Positions 1 through 12,726 of a stretch of 51,949 bases of DNA are shown here, piece by piece. Source of the stretch: Octopus sinensis. Lineage: Eukaryota. The notes under the pieces are model-generated. The model was not told the origin of the DNA, did not search any database, and saw only the letters and a list, made by a program, of their open reading frames with translations. The DNA lies in the NCBI RefSeq assembly GCF_006345805.1, contig NW_021834168.1:1-51949 (forward strand), written 5' to 3'. Made by a program: the position numbers and the translations under genes. The number at the start of each line of letters is the position of its first letter. The stretch's first letter is position 1.

Positions 1-635
1 GAGGTCCATCAAAAAAATTCTATGAAATGAACATTAAACAAAGGGAAATTATGTGTGTGATTGACCGTTGTATTACAAAGAGCAAAAGAGCTATTAGAAT
101 GATCGCTAAGTAAGGGGAGGGAGTAAAGGTAGGGGGAGTAAAAATGTTCATAGCAATCGCGTAAGTGTGCATGTCCATATATATATTTAACGTCAAATAC
201 ACACGTACACATGATAGCTCAACTGTCAAATTTTACATTGACTCACCAACTGTCAAATAAAGAAAGTAGTAAGTAGAAAGAGAGGAAGGATCAGAATGGC
301 TTAAATTTAACATACTCGTCTGTCGGTGAATCAATGAAGAGAATGAGATTGACCATCTGGTACCTCAACCCGTGAACAGAGAACCATATATACCGTAGCC
401 CAAACTACATCTTCTGGCGGCTGAAGCTAAAGAAGTGGTAATAATTGGGCGAACATATTAGATACATCCCATTACCGCAACAATAGGCTCTGTCTTGTGC
501 CTCGAGAAATCAGGATCAACACTCATTATGTAACCATCTAACATGAGACGCAGTTATGTGGTGAGATGGAGATACAGGTCCAACTCATAAATATGCATAT
601 CTAGATATGTAAATAGGAATAAAATATATATTCTG

Positions 636-1033
636 TTACTCTTTTATACGTTTAAGTCATTTTACTGCGGTCATGCTGGAGCTACCCCTTAAAGAGCTTT
701 AATCAAAGAAATCGACCCTTTGTAAGCCTAGTAACTTATTCTATCTGTTTGTTTGGCAGAACCGCTATGTTACAGGTACATAAACACACCAATATTTATT
801 GTTAAGCGATGGTGACGGGGGGACAAACACAGATACAAAGGCACACAGACATATATGTATATATGCATACGTATATGAAGGGATTCTTTCAGTTTCCGTC
901 TACCAAATCCACTCACGAGGCTATGGTCTGACCGAGGCTTTGTAGAAGACTCTTCCCCAAGGTGCCACGCAATGGGACTGAACCGGGAGCCATGCGATTG
1001 GGAAGCAAGCTTTGTACCACACAGTTGCCTACG
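636..1033 (-). mobile_element. tRNA-derived SINE, family A (octopus-type), with internal (TA)/(CA) tract
   Basis: Reverse complement matches other family A copies in the window: head ...ctgtgtggtacaaagcttgcttcccaatcgcatggctcccggttcagtccc..., body gaccatagcctcgtgagtggatttggtagacggaaactgaaagaatccc, 3' ataagttactaggcttacaaa. Confidence 0.85.
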
Positions 1034-1104
1034 ATATATATCAACCCAGAGAATATGTATAAATAATTCTAAAACGTAGCACACATCCACACACATGCAT
1101 AAAA

Positions 1105-1137
1105 ACAAATATACACGCACGCAGTCACACACACAAA

Positions 1138-1197
<60 letters not shown>
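1105..1197. repeat. (CA)n microsatellite
   Basis: Directly visible. Confidence 0.95.
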
Positions 1198-1199
<2 letters not shown>

Positions 1200-1379
1200 T
1201 TCCCTTCTTATTTTAATTGCTACCAGAAGTGCTGTGTTCATGTTAATGGGCCAATTCATTTCCAGGAACACCATGATAGATTCAGACAGTTTGATTGGTA
1301 ATGCAAACCTGTGATTAATATACAAGACCTGCAGATCTGATAAAATTCATTTATACATTGTCTCAGTGGCTCAACTTTT

Positions 1380-1720
1380 AAAGTGTGTCTGCTTTTGATA
1401 ATTCACCACGGCTTTTCTTGTTTACAATGTCACAACTCTTCCTAAAAGGCCACAGTCATCAATCACTTGCCTTAACATTTAGAGCTACGTGTCTTTCAAA
1501 AATTTCACATGCATGTTTCAGATGGAGAATTCGTACAATAACACCGCAAGATTTCTGTTGACTAACTGCATTTACAAATTTGCTTGTATGTCTTCTTCGT
1601 CTTGTGCAATTTCCATGCGTTCTCTACTGCACAGTACAGAGCTACATTAAGTGCTAGCAATATTGTATCTTAAAGAAAACTGTTGCAATTCACTCTAATT
1701 CCACACGTATTCTTTTGAAT
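1380..1720 (-). mobile_element. Possible degenerate piggyBac-like transposase C-terminal remnant
   Basis: Minus-strand translation gives ...LYCAVENAWKLHK..., resembling the piggyBac A.xNAW.LH motif. Many stops; weak. Confidence 0.25.
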
Positions 1721-1770
1721 TTCTCTGTCACCTGAAACCACTTGAAATTGTTAGGATTGTAAAATGCTTG

Positions 1771-1918
1771 AAAATTTGAAAATAATAAAGAAATCCTAGA
1801 AACGCCTTGTATCCGACTTGACCACTAAATATTTTTAGAGACTAGAAGTATGTCTATTCCACGCTGCTCCTAACAAATTCGATACGATCACATCTGTACA
1901 CAAACACACGCACGCACG

Positions 1919-1976
<58 letters not shown>

Positions 1977-1987
1977 TCTCCTTATTT
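1771..1987. repeat. Unclassified ~200-bp interspersed repeat containing (CA)n; second copy at 18192-18371
   Basis: gaaaataataaagaaatcctagaaac...tctattccacgctgctcctaacaaatt...gatcacatctgtacaca(CA)n cttgtctccttattt occurs at both loci. Confidence 0.85.
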
Positions 1988-2149
1988 GACTTTGCTTGCT
2001 TGATAACAGTTAAATAGGCAGTAGTATCCTTGTCAGCTCAGAAATAATGAGATACATGGTGTTGTGGTTTTTTTTGGTGGGGGGTTCTACTTTCCTCCAC
2101 TAAAATATAAAAATTTAAATTCAAATTTTAGCTTCAGAAATAATATTCT

Positions 2150-2355
2150 TTCTTTTCTTTTACTTGTTTCAGCAATTTGACTGTGGCCATACTGGAGCAC
2201 CGCCTTTAGTCGAGAAAATCGACTCCAGGACTTATTCTTTGGAAGCCTAGTGCTTATTCTATCGGTCTTTTTTGCCGAACCGCTAAGTTACGGGGACGTA
2301 AACACACCAGCATCGGTTGTCAAGCGATGTTGGGGGGATAAACACAGACACACAA

Positions 2356-2444
<89 letters not shown>

Positions 2445-2558
2445 CATATATACGACGGGCTTCTTTCAGTTTCCGTCAACCAAATCCACTCACAAGGCTT
2501 TGGTCGGCCCGAGGCTATAGTAGAAGCAAGTTACCTACCACACAGCCACTCCTACGCC
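2150..2558 (-). mobile_element. SINE family A, with a deletion in the tRNA-derived head
   Basis: Matches family A. Head jumps from gctatagtagaag to caagttacctaccacacagccactcctacgcc on the plus strand. Confidence 0.9.
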
Positions 2559-2879
2559 TATTTTAAAGTTTACCTCTCTTCTTGCCTTGTACTTTTCCAA
2601 GCTTCCCTATCTAATAATATTATCATGCCTTTGCTCGCATTTTCCTGCTAGCCCACTCTTATTACAGAGAAGGCTTTTATAGATAAATAACAATTGTTAT
2701 GAAGACAAAAATCTAAAAACAAGAAAATTCAGTTCCTTCAAAAAATTTAAGCTATAGTTAAAAGTAACTTTTATATATTGGCAACAATAAAAAATGCCAG
2801 TGAGAAACTCAAAACAAAGGAGAAAATATTAATAAAACACAGATAGATCGAATGAAGCCAGTGAGAAATCTGTAGAGAA

Positions 2880-3700
2880 AATCTGAGTCGACTAGTGTGC
2901 GACAAAGAAGTCTGATCATGCTCACATTCTCGAGAAATATTGTGAGTTTCCTCATAGAAGAGGATCTAGGTGCGCTTGATGGAATTATTACAAACCAAGT
3001 ACCACATGGGCAGATTGAAATTTGAATATTGTCCTGTAGAATCTTCCGATGGCGTTTATTGCTTTTGCCGCACTCAGACATGGTTATCAGTAGAAGAGTG
3101 ATAGAAAAACGAACATAAAAAATCTCCTGAACCAAAATATCTTATATAAAGTTTTATAATATTGAAAGGAAAAAAAAAATAAATAAAAGATTTCTCCATT
3201 GATATTCAAATGCAAATAAACCTTGATTAAATCATTGAAATAAAAATATTTTTATAAAATGAATTTGGTAATTATAAATTTTTAATGTCTATTTCTAGTG
3301 TTTTATTACATTCAAATATGTTTGACGAATTTTTGCTAATATAATTCAAAATCACAAATTTAATACCAAGCTCTCGTACTTATATTAATTATGAATTTTA
3401 TGGATTTATTAGCTTTTAAAGTTTGGTACATAAACAAATACAGAAAATAATCTTTGGCATTACCATTATTGAATAAATCTATTTTGAAAACGACAAATAA
3501 ACTGTGCTATTAAATGAGTTTAAATTTGTATATTTATGCTTTACATCTAAAAATAATCTTATTATCAAAGGGTCCTGGAATTTTTAAAATTAAATTTGAA
3601 TGAAATTATCTTTTGCACTTTTACATGCACTCAAAACAATATTTTTGCACTTAAAAGTTGCACTAAATAAACAATTTTTTCACCTAAACTCCGGTCTCTA
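2880..3700 (+). mobile_element. Degenerate hAT-like (CGGBP1-related) transposon 3' remnant
   Basis: Frameshifted translation ...KFEYCPVESSD...SDRKTNI resembles the FKYCPxTSxDVERSFS...LSDRR C-terminus. Ends in a TIR-like ccggtctcta at 3691-3700. No 5' TIR seen. Confidence 0.35.
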
Positions 3701-3914
3701 CTTATGAAATATTAGATAAACATGCTTTAAAAATATTAGAAAATTGGAAGAATTTTAGATGCGCAACATTATCTTCCAAGCTCGCATCATACGCACATCT
3801 ACAATAGCTCTGAACCTACCAATGACTTGTAAATGAAATTGGTAGACGAAAACTCCGTGGAAGCCCATCGTACACACACATACACGCACACACACCTATA
3901 TATATATATATATA

Positions 3915-3949
<35 letters not shown>

Positions 3950-4116
3950 CATAAATAATGAGCTTTACACATTTCTTTATTTGTGCATCTTTGACTTACA
4001 GCTGTTACTTATATGCATTAAAGGTGCATTTATGGTTCCGTTTACTCAATCGGTCTAATGATCGATTGAAAAATATTGAACGATTTTGATAAATGCTATC
4101 ATCATCGGAATATATA

Positions 4117-4995
4117 CAGGGTGTCCCAAAAGTTCCTGATGGGTTCAATTTTTATTAACTTCCTTAACTTTACAAATAAATGCATGAAATCTTGATACAA
4201 TATACATGGCATAATGGACATTAATATGCGTAATTCATATTCTGCAACACTACTACATTACAAATGAAAAGAGACATCGCTTAAAGGGCAGCCATTTTCG
4301 GCTTCGCACAGCTGTGCACTTTCCAAAACTTGCACCATAACACCCTCAAGAATTTCAGACCCCACTTCTTTGATTTCCCTATTGATGTTCTTCAGTTGCA
4401 TCAGGCTGTCCGGTTTGTTGACTTAAACCTTCTATTTCAGGTTTCTCCACAAAAAAAAACTTGTCAAGTATGGGGAACGTGAAGGCCATTCAAATTAAAC
4501 CTCACACATGGTTCCAGCAAGATGGGGCAACTGCTCATACCGCAAGAGAAACAATGCAGTTGTTATGGTAGTGCTTTGGAGTGAAAGTAATCTCCCAATG
4601 CAGCAAGGAAAACTGGCCTTCACGTTCCCCAGACTTGACAAGCCCGGATTTTTTGTTGTGGGGATAAATGAAAGATAGGATTTATGTCACCAAACCAGAG
4701 ACCCTGGTGCAACTGAAGGAGAACATCAATGGAGAAATCAGAGAAGTGGGGTCTGAAACTCTTGAGGGTATTATGGTGCAAGTTTTGGAAAGAGCGCGAG
4801 CGTACGAAGCCGAAAATGTCTGCCCTTTAAGTGATGTCATATTTCATATGAGATGTAGTGGTGTTGCAAAATTTGACTTGTGCATATTAATGGCTATTGT
4901 GTCCTTTGCATTGTATCAAAATTTCATACATTTATTTGTAAAGTTAAAGAAGTTATTAAAACCTGACACCCATCAGGAACTTTTGGGACACCCTG
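4117..4995. mobile_element. Palindromic non-autonomous Tc1/mariner element derived from a DD41D (rosa/Visitor-type) transposon
   Basis: Terminal CAGGGTGTCCCAAAAGTTCCTGATGGGT and its exact reverse complement, TA on both sides. Arms 4117-4488 and 4614-4995. Plus strand encodes WFQQDGATAH...WPSRSPDLTSPDFLLWG with 41 residues between the catalytic Asps, then ORF 4668-5135 (KDRIYVTKPETLVQLKENI...). Confidence 0.9.
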
Positions 4996-5571
4996 TACAT
5001 AAATGCGCGCACACATACATACATACATATGTGTATGAATGTTTGCATGTGCGTGTTATATTTGTTCTCTACCACCGCTTGATCACATCACTATGGGGTT
5101 GGTTTGTTTACGTCCTCGTAACCTATTCGACATAAATACCTATGGAATAAGCACCAGACTTAATAAAAGGTATAAGAAAATTATCCCGTTTAAAAGTTGC
5201 ATCTGTGCACTGCTTTGTTTTACTCCACCAATTTTCTTTTACAATATCTCATATTTTATGACCTTAACCACTTTCAATTCGTTCAAGAATTGAATTAGCT
5301 ACAAGGCATAGACAGACACACAAAAAGTAATTGTTCGCTTCAGAATATTATTCACACAGCGTACTGTTTTAAAGAAAATTATACTTTGTCAGAGTTATGT
5401 ACTTCATAATGTTGCTTCTTTTATATTTCTATACAGTCTAAAACAAATATTTTTTTTTATAAAAGTTATAGTAACTAGTCTCAAAGTGTGAATCTGCATA
5501 GATTATTCATCCATTTTACTAGAATAAGCACATTATTCTAAAAGTAATTCCTAAGCTTTATAAATATTTAT

Positions 5572-6060
<489 letters not shown>

Positions 6061-6249
6061 TAAGCACAGATACACATACACACATAATTCTATAATTTTC
6101 ACATGTAAAACTTTTTTAAAATGCTCTTTAATAGTTTCCTTATTTTGTGTCTGTATGTAGAAATTTTAGAGATCTGTGTTTCTTCATCATCTAAAGAATA
6201 AATAACAAAAGAAGAGCGCAACACACACATATTCATAAATATATACATA

Positions 6250-6329
6250 CATACATGCATATATATATATATATAATATATATATATAATCACTAGAGTG
6301 ACCACATGTGGACTCTCTCTCATTACTTG

Positions 6330-6419
<90 letters not shown>

Positions 6420-6532
6420 ATATATATATATATATATAATCACTAGAGTGACCACATGTGGACTCTCTCTCATTACTTGTATTATATATATATATATATA
6501 TGTGTGTGTGTGGGTGGGTGTGTGTGTGTGTA
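6250..6532. repeat. (TA)n tract containing two copies of a ~43-bp unique unit (6291-6333, 6441-6483), ending in (GT)n
   Basis: cactagagtgaccacatgtggactctctctcattacttgtatt appears twice, 150 bp apart. Confidence 0.95.
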
Positions 6533-6760
6533 TAGTTAATCCAAACATGAAAACACACAGAGAAAACACAACAATGCGAGGACGTGAAACAAGCATAGTG
6601 TTATTGGACACTCAGGAAAAGAAAGAATGAAGGAGGATTTAACGTTTCGAGCAGAGCTTTTCATCAGAAAGATAAGAAAAGGAAAGACCCAAGGAAGCGA
6701 AGACGGAGGAACGAAATCGCCAACGATACACCCACGGTCTGACTACCCATGTATATGTGT
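6532..6760 (-). mobile_element. Probable Penelope-like element terminal fragment with hammerhead-like core
   Basis: Minus strand reads CTGATGA-aaagctctgctc-GAAACGTT, the motif typical of Penelope-like termini. Family assignment is inference. Confidence 0.4.
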
Positions 6761-7029
6761 GTGTAAGTGTATAATTTTAAGTTGAATAAATTCTTATGCA
6801 CTGAGAATAATATAAGCACAAGATGCAATAACTCGTTTCCATAACATGTCACTAAATTCCAAAATATTTTCAGCTTGTTACAATAGCAAAAACTGCTATG
6901 ATATTGCATAATCTTCAAAACAGGCAAAACCCAATGTTCAGAACAGATTATCTAGAAGAATAGAAAACATAGATATTTCAAATACTTCATTTGTTATGTT
7001 CCACAACTATTTCAGCAATCCATACGAAA

Positions 7030-7195
7030 ACAATTGAGAAATATATCAACCACTCTGCCTGCAACACCAAGACCGAACTGTTGGGCAAGATGAAGGAGAT
7101 GTTCGGAGATTTTCCTCAGTGAGGGATCCGTGCACCAGTTTTCGGAGCCGTCTCGAGGTCCTGGTGGAATCTGGAGGCTGCTATTGTCATCTCTC
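7030..7195 (+). mobile_element. Tc1/mariner (DD37D-like) transposase C-terminal fragment
   Basis: TIEKYINHSACNTKTELLGKMKEMF...CTSFRSRLEVLVESGG, homologous to the C-terminus encoded at 42350-42520. Confidence 0.6.
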
Positions 7196-7372
7196 AGCCA
7201 TAATCTAATTCATATTTATTGATTTTTCAAAATGCTTTTATTTTTCGATAGGATATTGTACTTTCTTTTCCTTTCTTGCAAACTATCAAATTTAGCCCGA
7301 AAATCCTATATATATATGTCAGTATGTTTTCTTACTCATAATCATAATCATAAAAGCTGTTTTCATGAATAA

Positions 7373-7770
7373 AAATATATTTTTATATTCTAATTACGTT
7401 AGTACGTACTTTCAGATCTTTTAAAGACGTGATTTAATGTCAAAATGTATTAATTGAGAATAAATATTTGCGTTTCAAATTTGAAAAAGAGTAGTTGTAA
7501 TAAATTTCTCCGTTTCCTTTTTAAGTGAAAATAATTTTCATAGATCCTGTTGTGTTTTAAAGTGTGAAAACATTAAATCACGTCTTTAAAAGATCTAAAA
7601 GTACGTACTAACGTAATTAGAATATAAAAATATATTTAATGTATTAATTGAGAATAAATATTTGCGTTTCAAATTTAAAAAAGAGTAGTTGTAATAAATT
7701 TCTCCGTTTCCTTTTTGTTTAAGTGAAAGTAATTTTCATAGATCCTGTTGTGTTTTAAAGTGTGAAAACA
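7373..7770. repeat. Local duplication-inversion X-Y-X(rc)-Y
   Basis: X 7373-7440; Y 7444-7572; reverse complement of X 7570-7637 (1 mismatch); Y again 7638-7770. Confidence 0.95.
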
Positions 7771-8634
7771 CTTGTGAAAACTACGGTTGTGGTAAATTGG
7801 TAAATAACTTATGTTCAAACGTGATTGTTGTCCCGTTTTGAAGTACAAAAATAAATTTGCACCGTACGAGTAATACCAGATTGATTATGGTGGACAGTAT
7901 GAACGTGCACATCTGTTTACATTATCACGTGGATAAAAAAGAGTCGTTTTTATACAGCCGAAGTCCTTTTGTGAATATCACGTATACATCAATTTTGAAA
8001 TAAAGACTAACAAGGCAAGAAATTTATTCTATCTGACATGTATCTCGTAATCAGAGAAGGGATACACAAGTTGAATTGTAACCCATCGGTTGAAGAAGAC
8101 AACTCGATAAAAAAAGGAAAAAAATGTTGTAGATAGAGTATCATCAAATTTGTCTCATGATATCGCATCAGCCTCTTCGGGATTTATACTCTGAATTAGG
8201 TTTCATTATGAGGCATCATTTTCAACGCTTATTGCTCAAGAGCAAATAAAGAAACCTATTGCAGGTCGTAGTCCTACGTTTTGCAACGACACAGTAATGG
8301 AATTGCAGTTAAAAGCAGTTTCAAGTGTCTCATTAAAATTTTGTCATAATACCTTACTTTTTTGAATTTAAATCATTTTTTAATAATTTAATATTTTACT
8401 AATTTTATATTTCAGTTGTAGGATTTTTGATTTTTATGATACCAATCAATTTTATATATTCTTATATTTGTTTTTATGAAAAAAATCCCATGTATATGAG
8501 CGTTGCACTAAGATATTTTCTTGATAATTTTATGACGATTTGGTTATAATATGATTTTAAAAGGATATTCAAATGAAGATGTGAGATGTACGGGGGTGCA
8601 TGAGGCAGAAGTAATGGGCAACACTCACCTCCCT

Positions 8635-8814
8635 ACTCACAGACACACACAGAAACACACAAAGGCACATACACACAAGTATATATACGTTTGTGTATAT
8701 ATACATATAATATATAATATAATTATATATGCATACATATATATATGTATACATATATATATACGCATATACACAGACACGCACACACCCACACACACAC
8801 ACATATATATACAT

Positions 8815-8849
<35 letters not shown>

Positions 8850-8985
8850 CATATACATACATATATATATGCATATATATATGTATATATATTTGTGTAT
8901 GGATATGTATATTTAGATGTATGCTCAAGCATATATTCAAGCATCTTTTGCCATTCAATTAGACTCAAACACAGATGTTTGCATG

Positions 8986-9050
<65 letters not shown>

Positions 9051-9060
9051 ATCTATCTGC
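8635..9060. repeat. Compound (CA)/(TA)/(TATC)n microsatellite region
   Basis: Directly visible. Confidence 0.9.
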
Positions 9061-9299
9061 TTATGTACGTATGCATATATACATATACATGCAATATCAA
9101 TATATCAAACTGATATTGTGGGCGTATAGAAAAGAAGCGTGTGAAGGACAAGGAATGGAACACTTTTGGTGGATCTAAACTCCTTAATATTCTTAAATAT
9201 TGTTCCGATTTTTCGGAATATTGCTGGAATCATCTATCTGAAAGCACAAAGTTAAAACGTAACGTTACAGATCTTTCTTTTAGTCCATGAGTGTCTTGA

Positions 9300-9700
9300 A
9301 ATATGATTAATAACTTACGGCATAGGCAAGCCTTACAGCATATATTTGAACGAAAGTTCTTATGTCCGTATAAAGAAGCATTTAAAAGCATTGACGATTT
9401 CATTTTAAAACGAATCAGACTTTTTTGAAGAAGCGAATATGATAAGAAAGTCTTGTAAAAAATCATTTCTTCGCTTTTGGAATGAATGAATACATTGATA
9501 AAATGAACATTAAAGCAGTTGCAAGCTAATCCGTTGTAAGGTAAATGTATAGTGTTATGATCTTAATACAATATATTAAGGCCTTCAGAAGAGAACTGCT
9601 GTTAAGGGATCAATTATTTGACGATGAATATAGCGATATAGGCTTGTCAAAAGAAATATTTATCAAAATAAAAGTTTCGTTGTTGAAAGGAGTCTCTTTA
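9300..9700 (+). mobile_element. Possible degenerate hAT (Buster/GTF2IRD2-like) transposase remnant
   Basis: Fragmentary translations RHRQALQHIFERKFL and QYIKAFRRELLLRDQL resemble SRGKVLxRIFELR and IKAFxxKLxLxxxQL. Many stops. Confidence 0.3.
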
Positions 9701-10190
9701 GAGTGTTAACGACAGAGAAATATATTATAGTCATTATTGTTGTTAATGTTAAAGTGTCAGGGCCATGTAAGTTACGATGAATGGAAAGACATATTCTCGA
9801 AGTATGCTCAAGAGGAGTCTCTCCTCCCCAAACCACCCCCAAAAAGACATTTTTAGAATGAAAGGTTGTTCGTCCATTTTGGAGATAAATGTTAAGGAAG
9901 ATGATACGTTGAGGATTCGAATCTGTAAATGGAAAATGCGTGCAGAGTGAGCTGTGGTGGTTGTTATTAAATAACTCATTTCACTTTTGCTCGAGTAAGT
10001 CATCCATCAAAATACTACCTGAATGCCATTAGTCTCATATTTTGTTGTGGAGGCGGAGTTCTCGAAAACTTTTAAACACACATATATCAATATGTATGTA
10101 AATACATGCATGCATAATACATACATACATGCATAATACATACATACATACATAAATACATACATACACACATATGTATATATATATGTA

Positions 10191-10608
10191 TACTCTTTTA
10201 CTTGTTTCAGTCATTTGACTGTGGCCATGCTGGAGCACCGCCTTTAGTCGAGCAAATCGACCCCAGGACTTATACTTTGGAAGCCTAGTACTTATTCTAT
10301 CGGTCTCTTTTGCCGAACCGCTAAGTTACGGTGACGTAAACACACCGGCATCGGTTGTCAAGCGATGTTGGGGGGGGGGGACAAACACAGATACACAAAC
10401 ATATACACACACATACACACTCATATATATATATATATATAAATATAAACATATATACGACGGGCTTCCTTCAGTTTCAGTCCACCAAATCCACTCACAA
10501 GACTCTGGTTGGCCAGAAGCTATAGTAGAAGACACTTACCCAAGGTACCACATAATGCGAATGGACCCGGAGCCATGTGGTTGGTAAGCAAGCTACTTAC
10601 CACACAGC
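10191..10608 (-). mobile_element. SINE family A, near full length
   Basis: High similarity to the other A copies across head, internal microsatellite and tail. Confidence 0.9.
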
Positions 10609-11104
10609 CTATATATATATAAATATATATTTAAACCATAAAAGTCAGGCAGTATGAAAGATGAATTCATTTATTTAACCACTTAATATCATAAGAATTA
10701 CGGCCCGTTTCGCAGCCTACGTCATATTAAACACAGAATTTCAGTGTGTAATAAATTATTTTACATATCTGTACCTCCATACATGTTTCGCATTGTAAAG
10801 TACAATTGTACATTTACAAATTAATGAAGATAAAGGAGCTCTTCAGTTAACCAGAACATCATGATTACACAAATGCTTCAGCCGGGTTCACGACGGGAGC
10901 TTTCTGTGGTAGCTACAAGATTCTATGAATCCATATATAACACTACAGATATGTATGTCTGTCTGTCTCTTTGTATGTATGCATCTGTCTATCTAGCTAT
11001 CTATATGCATATTTGTGTGCACACGTATGTCTGTATCTACATCTTCATTTATTTACACATAATTAATTATGAATGCGAGCGTATTGCAAGTTGTTTATAT
11101 ATAC

Positions 11105-11107
11105 GCA

Positions 11108-11198
<91 letters not shown>

Positions 11199-11200
11199 TT
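11105..11200. repeat. (CA)n microsatellite
   Basis: Directly visible. Confidence 0.95.
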
Positions 11201-12649
11201 GTGTGTCTTCTCTTCCGCTTTGTTACAGGATAGTTGTGATTGATGAACGACTGGTGACAATAACTTATTCAAAGTGAAATATATATTATCAACGACATCA
11301 TCTACACTGATGATGAGGGCGACCTTGAGAAGCATAGTGATGCATACACATACGCGTGTGCATACATGTGTTCATATTTGTGACTGAGTATGGGGGCTTC
11401 TGTGTGTCAGTGCGTTTGTGTATACATATATATTACGTATGTATTGTATGAATGCGTGTGATGACTCTTTAACCTTACAAACGCGTCAATATTTAGTGAG
11501 GTTTCGATAGGTTTCCTTGTGGTTAATTGATCGACTATAATGGTGAAGTCATCGACTGTTGAATGGACATTTATAGGACATGAATGAGTCAAAGCCATCG
11601 TAAGTTATTGCTAGCGTGAGTATGTGCATGTGTGAGTATGTGTGTTTGCGTGCTTATGTTAATTACTGTGTATACATGCATGAATGTGGAATGCACAATT
11701 CTGGTAGATTCTTATATCGGCACAAATGAAGCATTGCATTTATTCTTACGCAATGAAATTAATTAAATTGGCCCCGGAATAATGAAAGGCAATAATTAGC
11801 CCGATCTGATTACACTCACTGCAAAATGAGATGTAGTTAGAAAGAGCAGCCAAACAGCGTCTTAACAAAGGAAGGCTACATAAGCTCTCTTGTATTCAAG
11901 CAAATGAGTTTATGCCGTTCCAGAAGAAGGAACAGCATGTGCATATTGCTGGTTTTGATGAACTCTTGCCAAGTACAGGTTAGTGAGAAATGTTTTCTCA
12001 GTTGCTCCACGTACATAAAGAAAAAAACGTCCGCTTTTGTGATAGTCAACTGCTAACTGCAAAGTATGCTGTTATTTTTTTAATCAGGCTGCAAGTTTGT
12101 CTCATTAATTAAACTAGGCAAATATCTTCAATTTAAAGAATTAACGCTAAGTCTCATGATGAGGTTATCTCTCTGAATCTGTTTGACTTTCAAAAACCAA
12201 ACGATAGCAGTTTCTTTTTCCACAGAGTCGATATATTATTATCAACGACCATAAAAGCCAAGGTAAAAATGACATAATTGTACCCCAATTTTTACATATG
12301 GGGATATAGTTATCCCACAAAGGCTGCAGAATCAGAGTGAGAAAAGGGATGCTGTAGCCAAAACCAAGTAAGGAAAGTAGAAACGAGATTTCGTTATGCA
12401 ACTTTAAGGCATTATAGCGAACAAATATGTCGCTTGGTAGGGGTTTGTGTATGAGCAGTAGATAAGACGGAAAGAGCTTTGGTCATGCGAGGCGGTAAGA
12501 CTAACTTTTTCTTCGTTTCCTAGACCTACAAGCCTTCAGCGTTGCAAAACATCGACATTTGTGGTCTTGTACCTAATGTGGCGAAGATTTCCCAATGGAT
12601 GCTATTTCGCTTCATTACACGCTTCATTACAGAGAAAGACATGAATGGC

Positions 12650-12654
<5 letters not shown>

Positions 12655-12725
<71 letters not shown>
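12655..12725. repeat. (CT)n microsatellite
   Basis: Directly visible. Confidence 0.95.

Positions 12726-12726
<1 letters not shown>

Noticed and set aside
7780-8350. Possible hAT transposase N-terminal relic (KKRKK...EYHQ...ELGFI)
   Set aside because: Too degenerate to call by eye.
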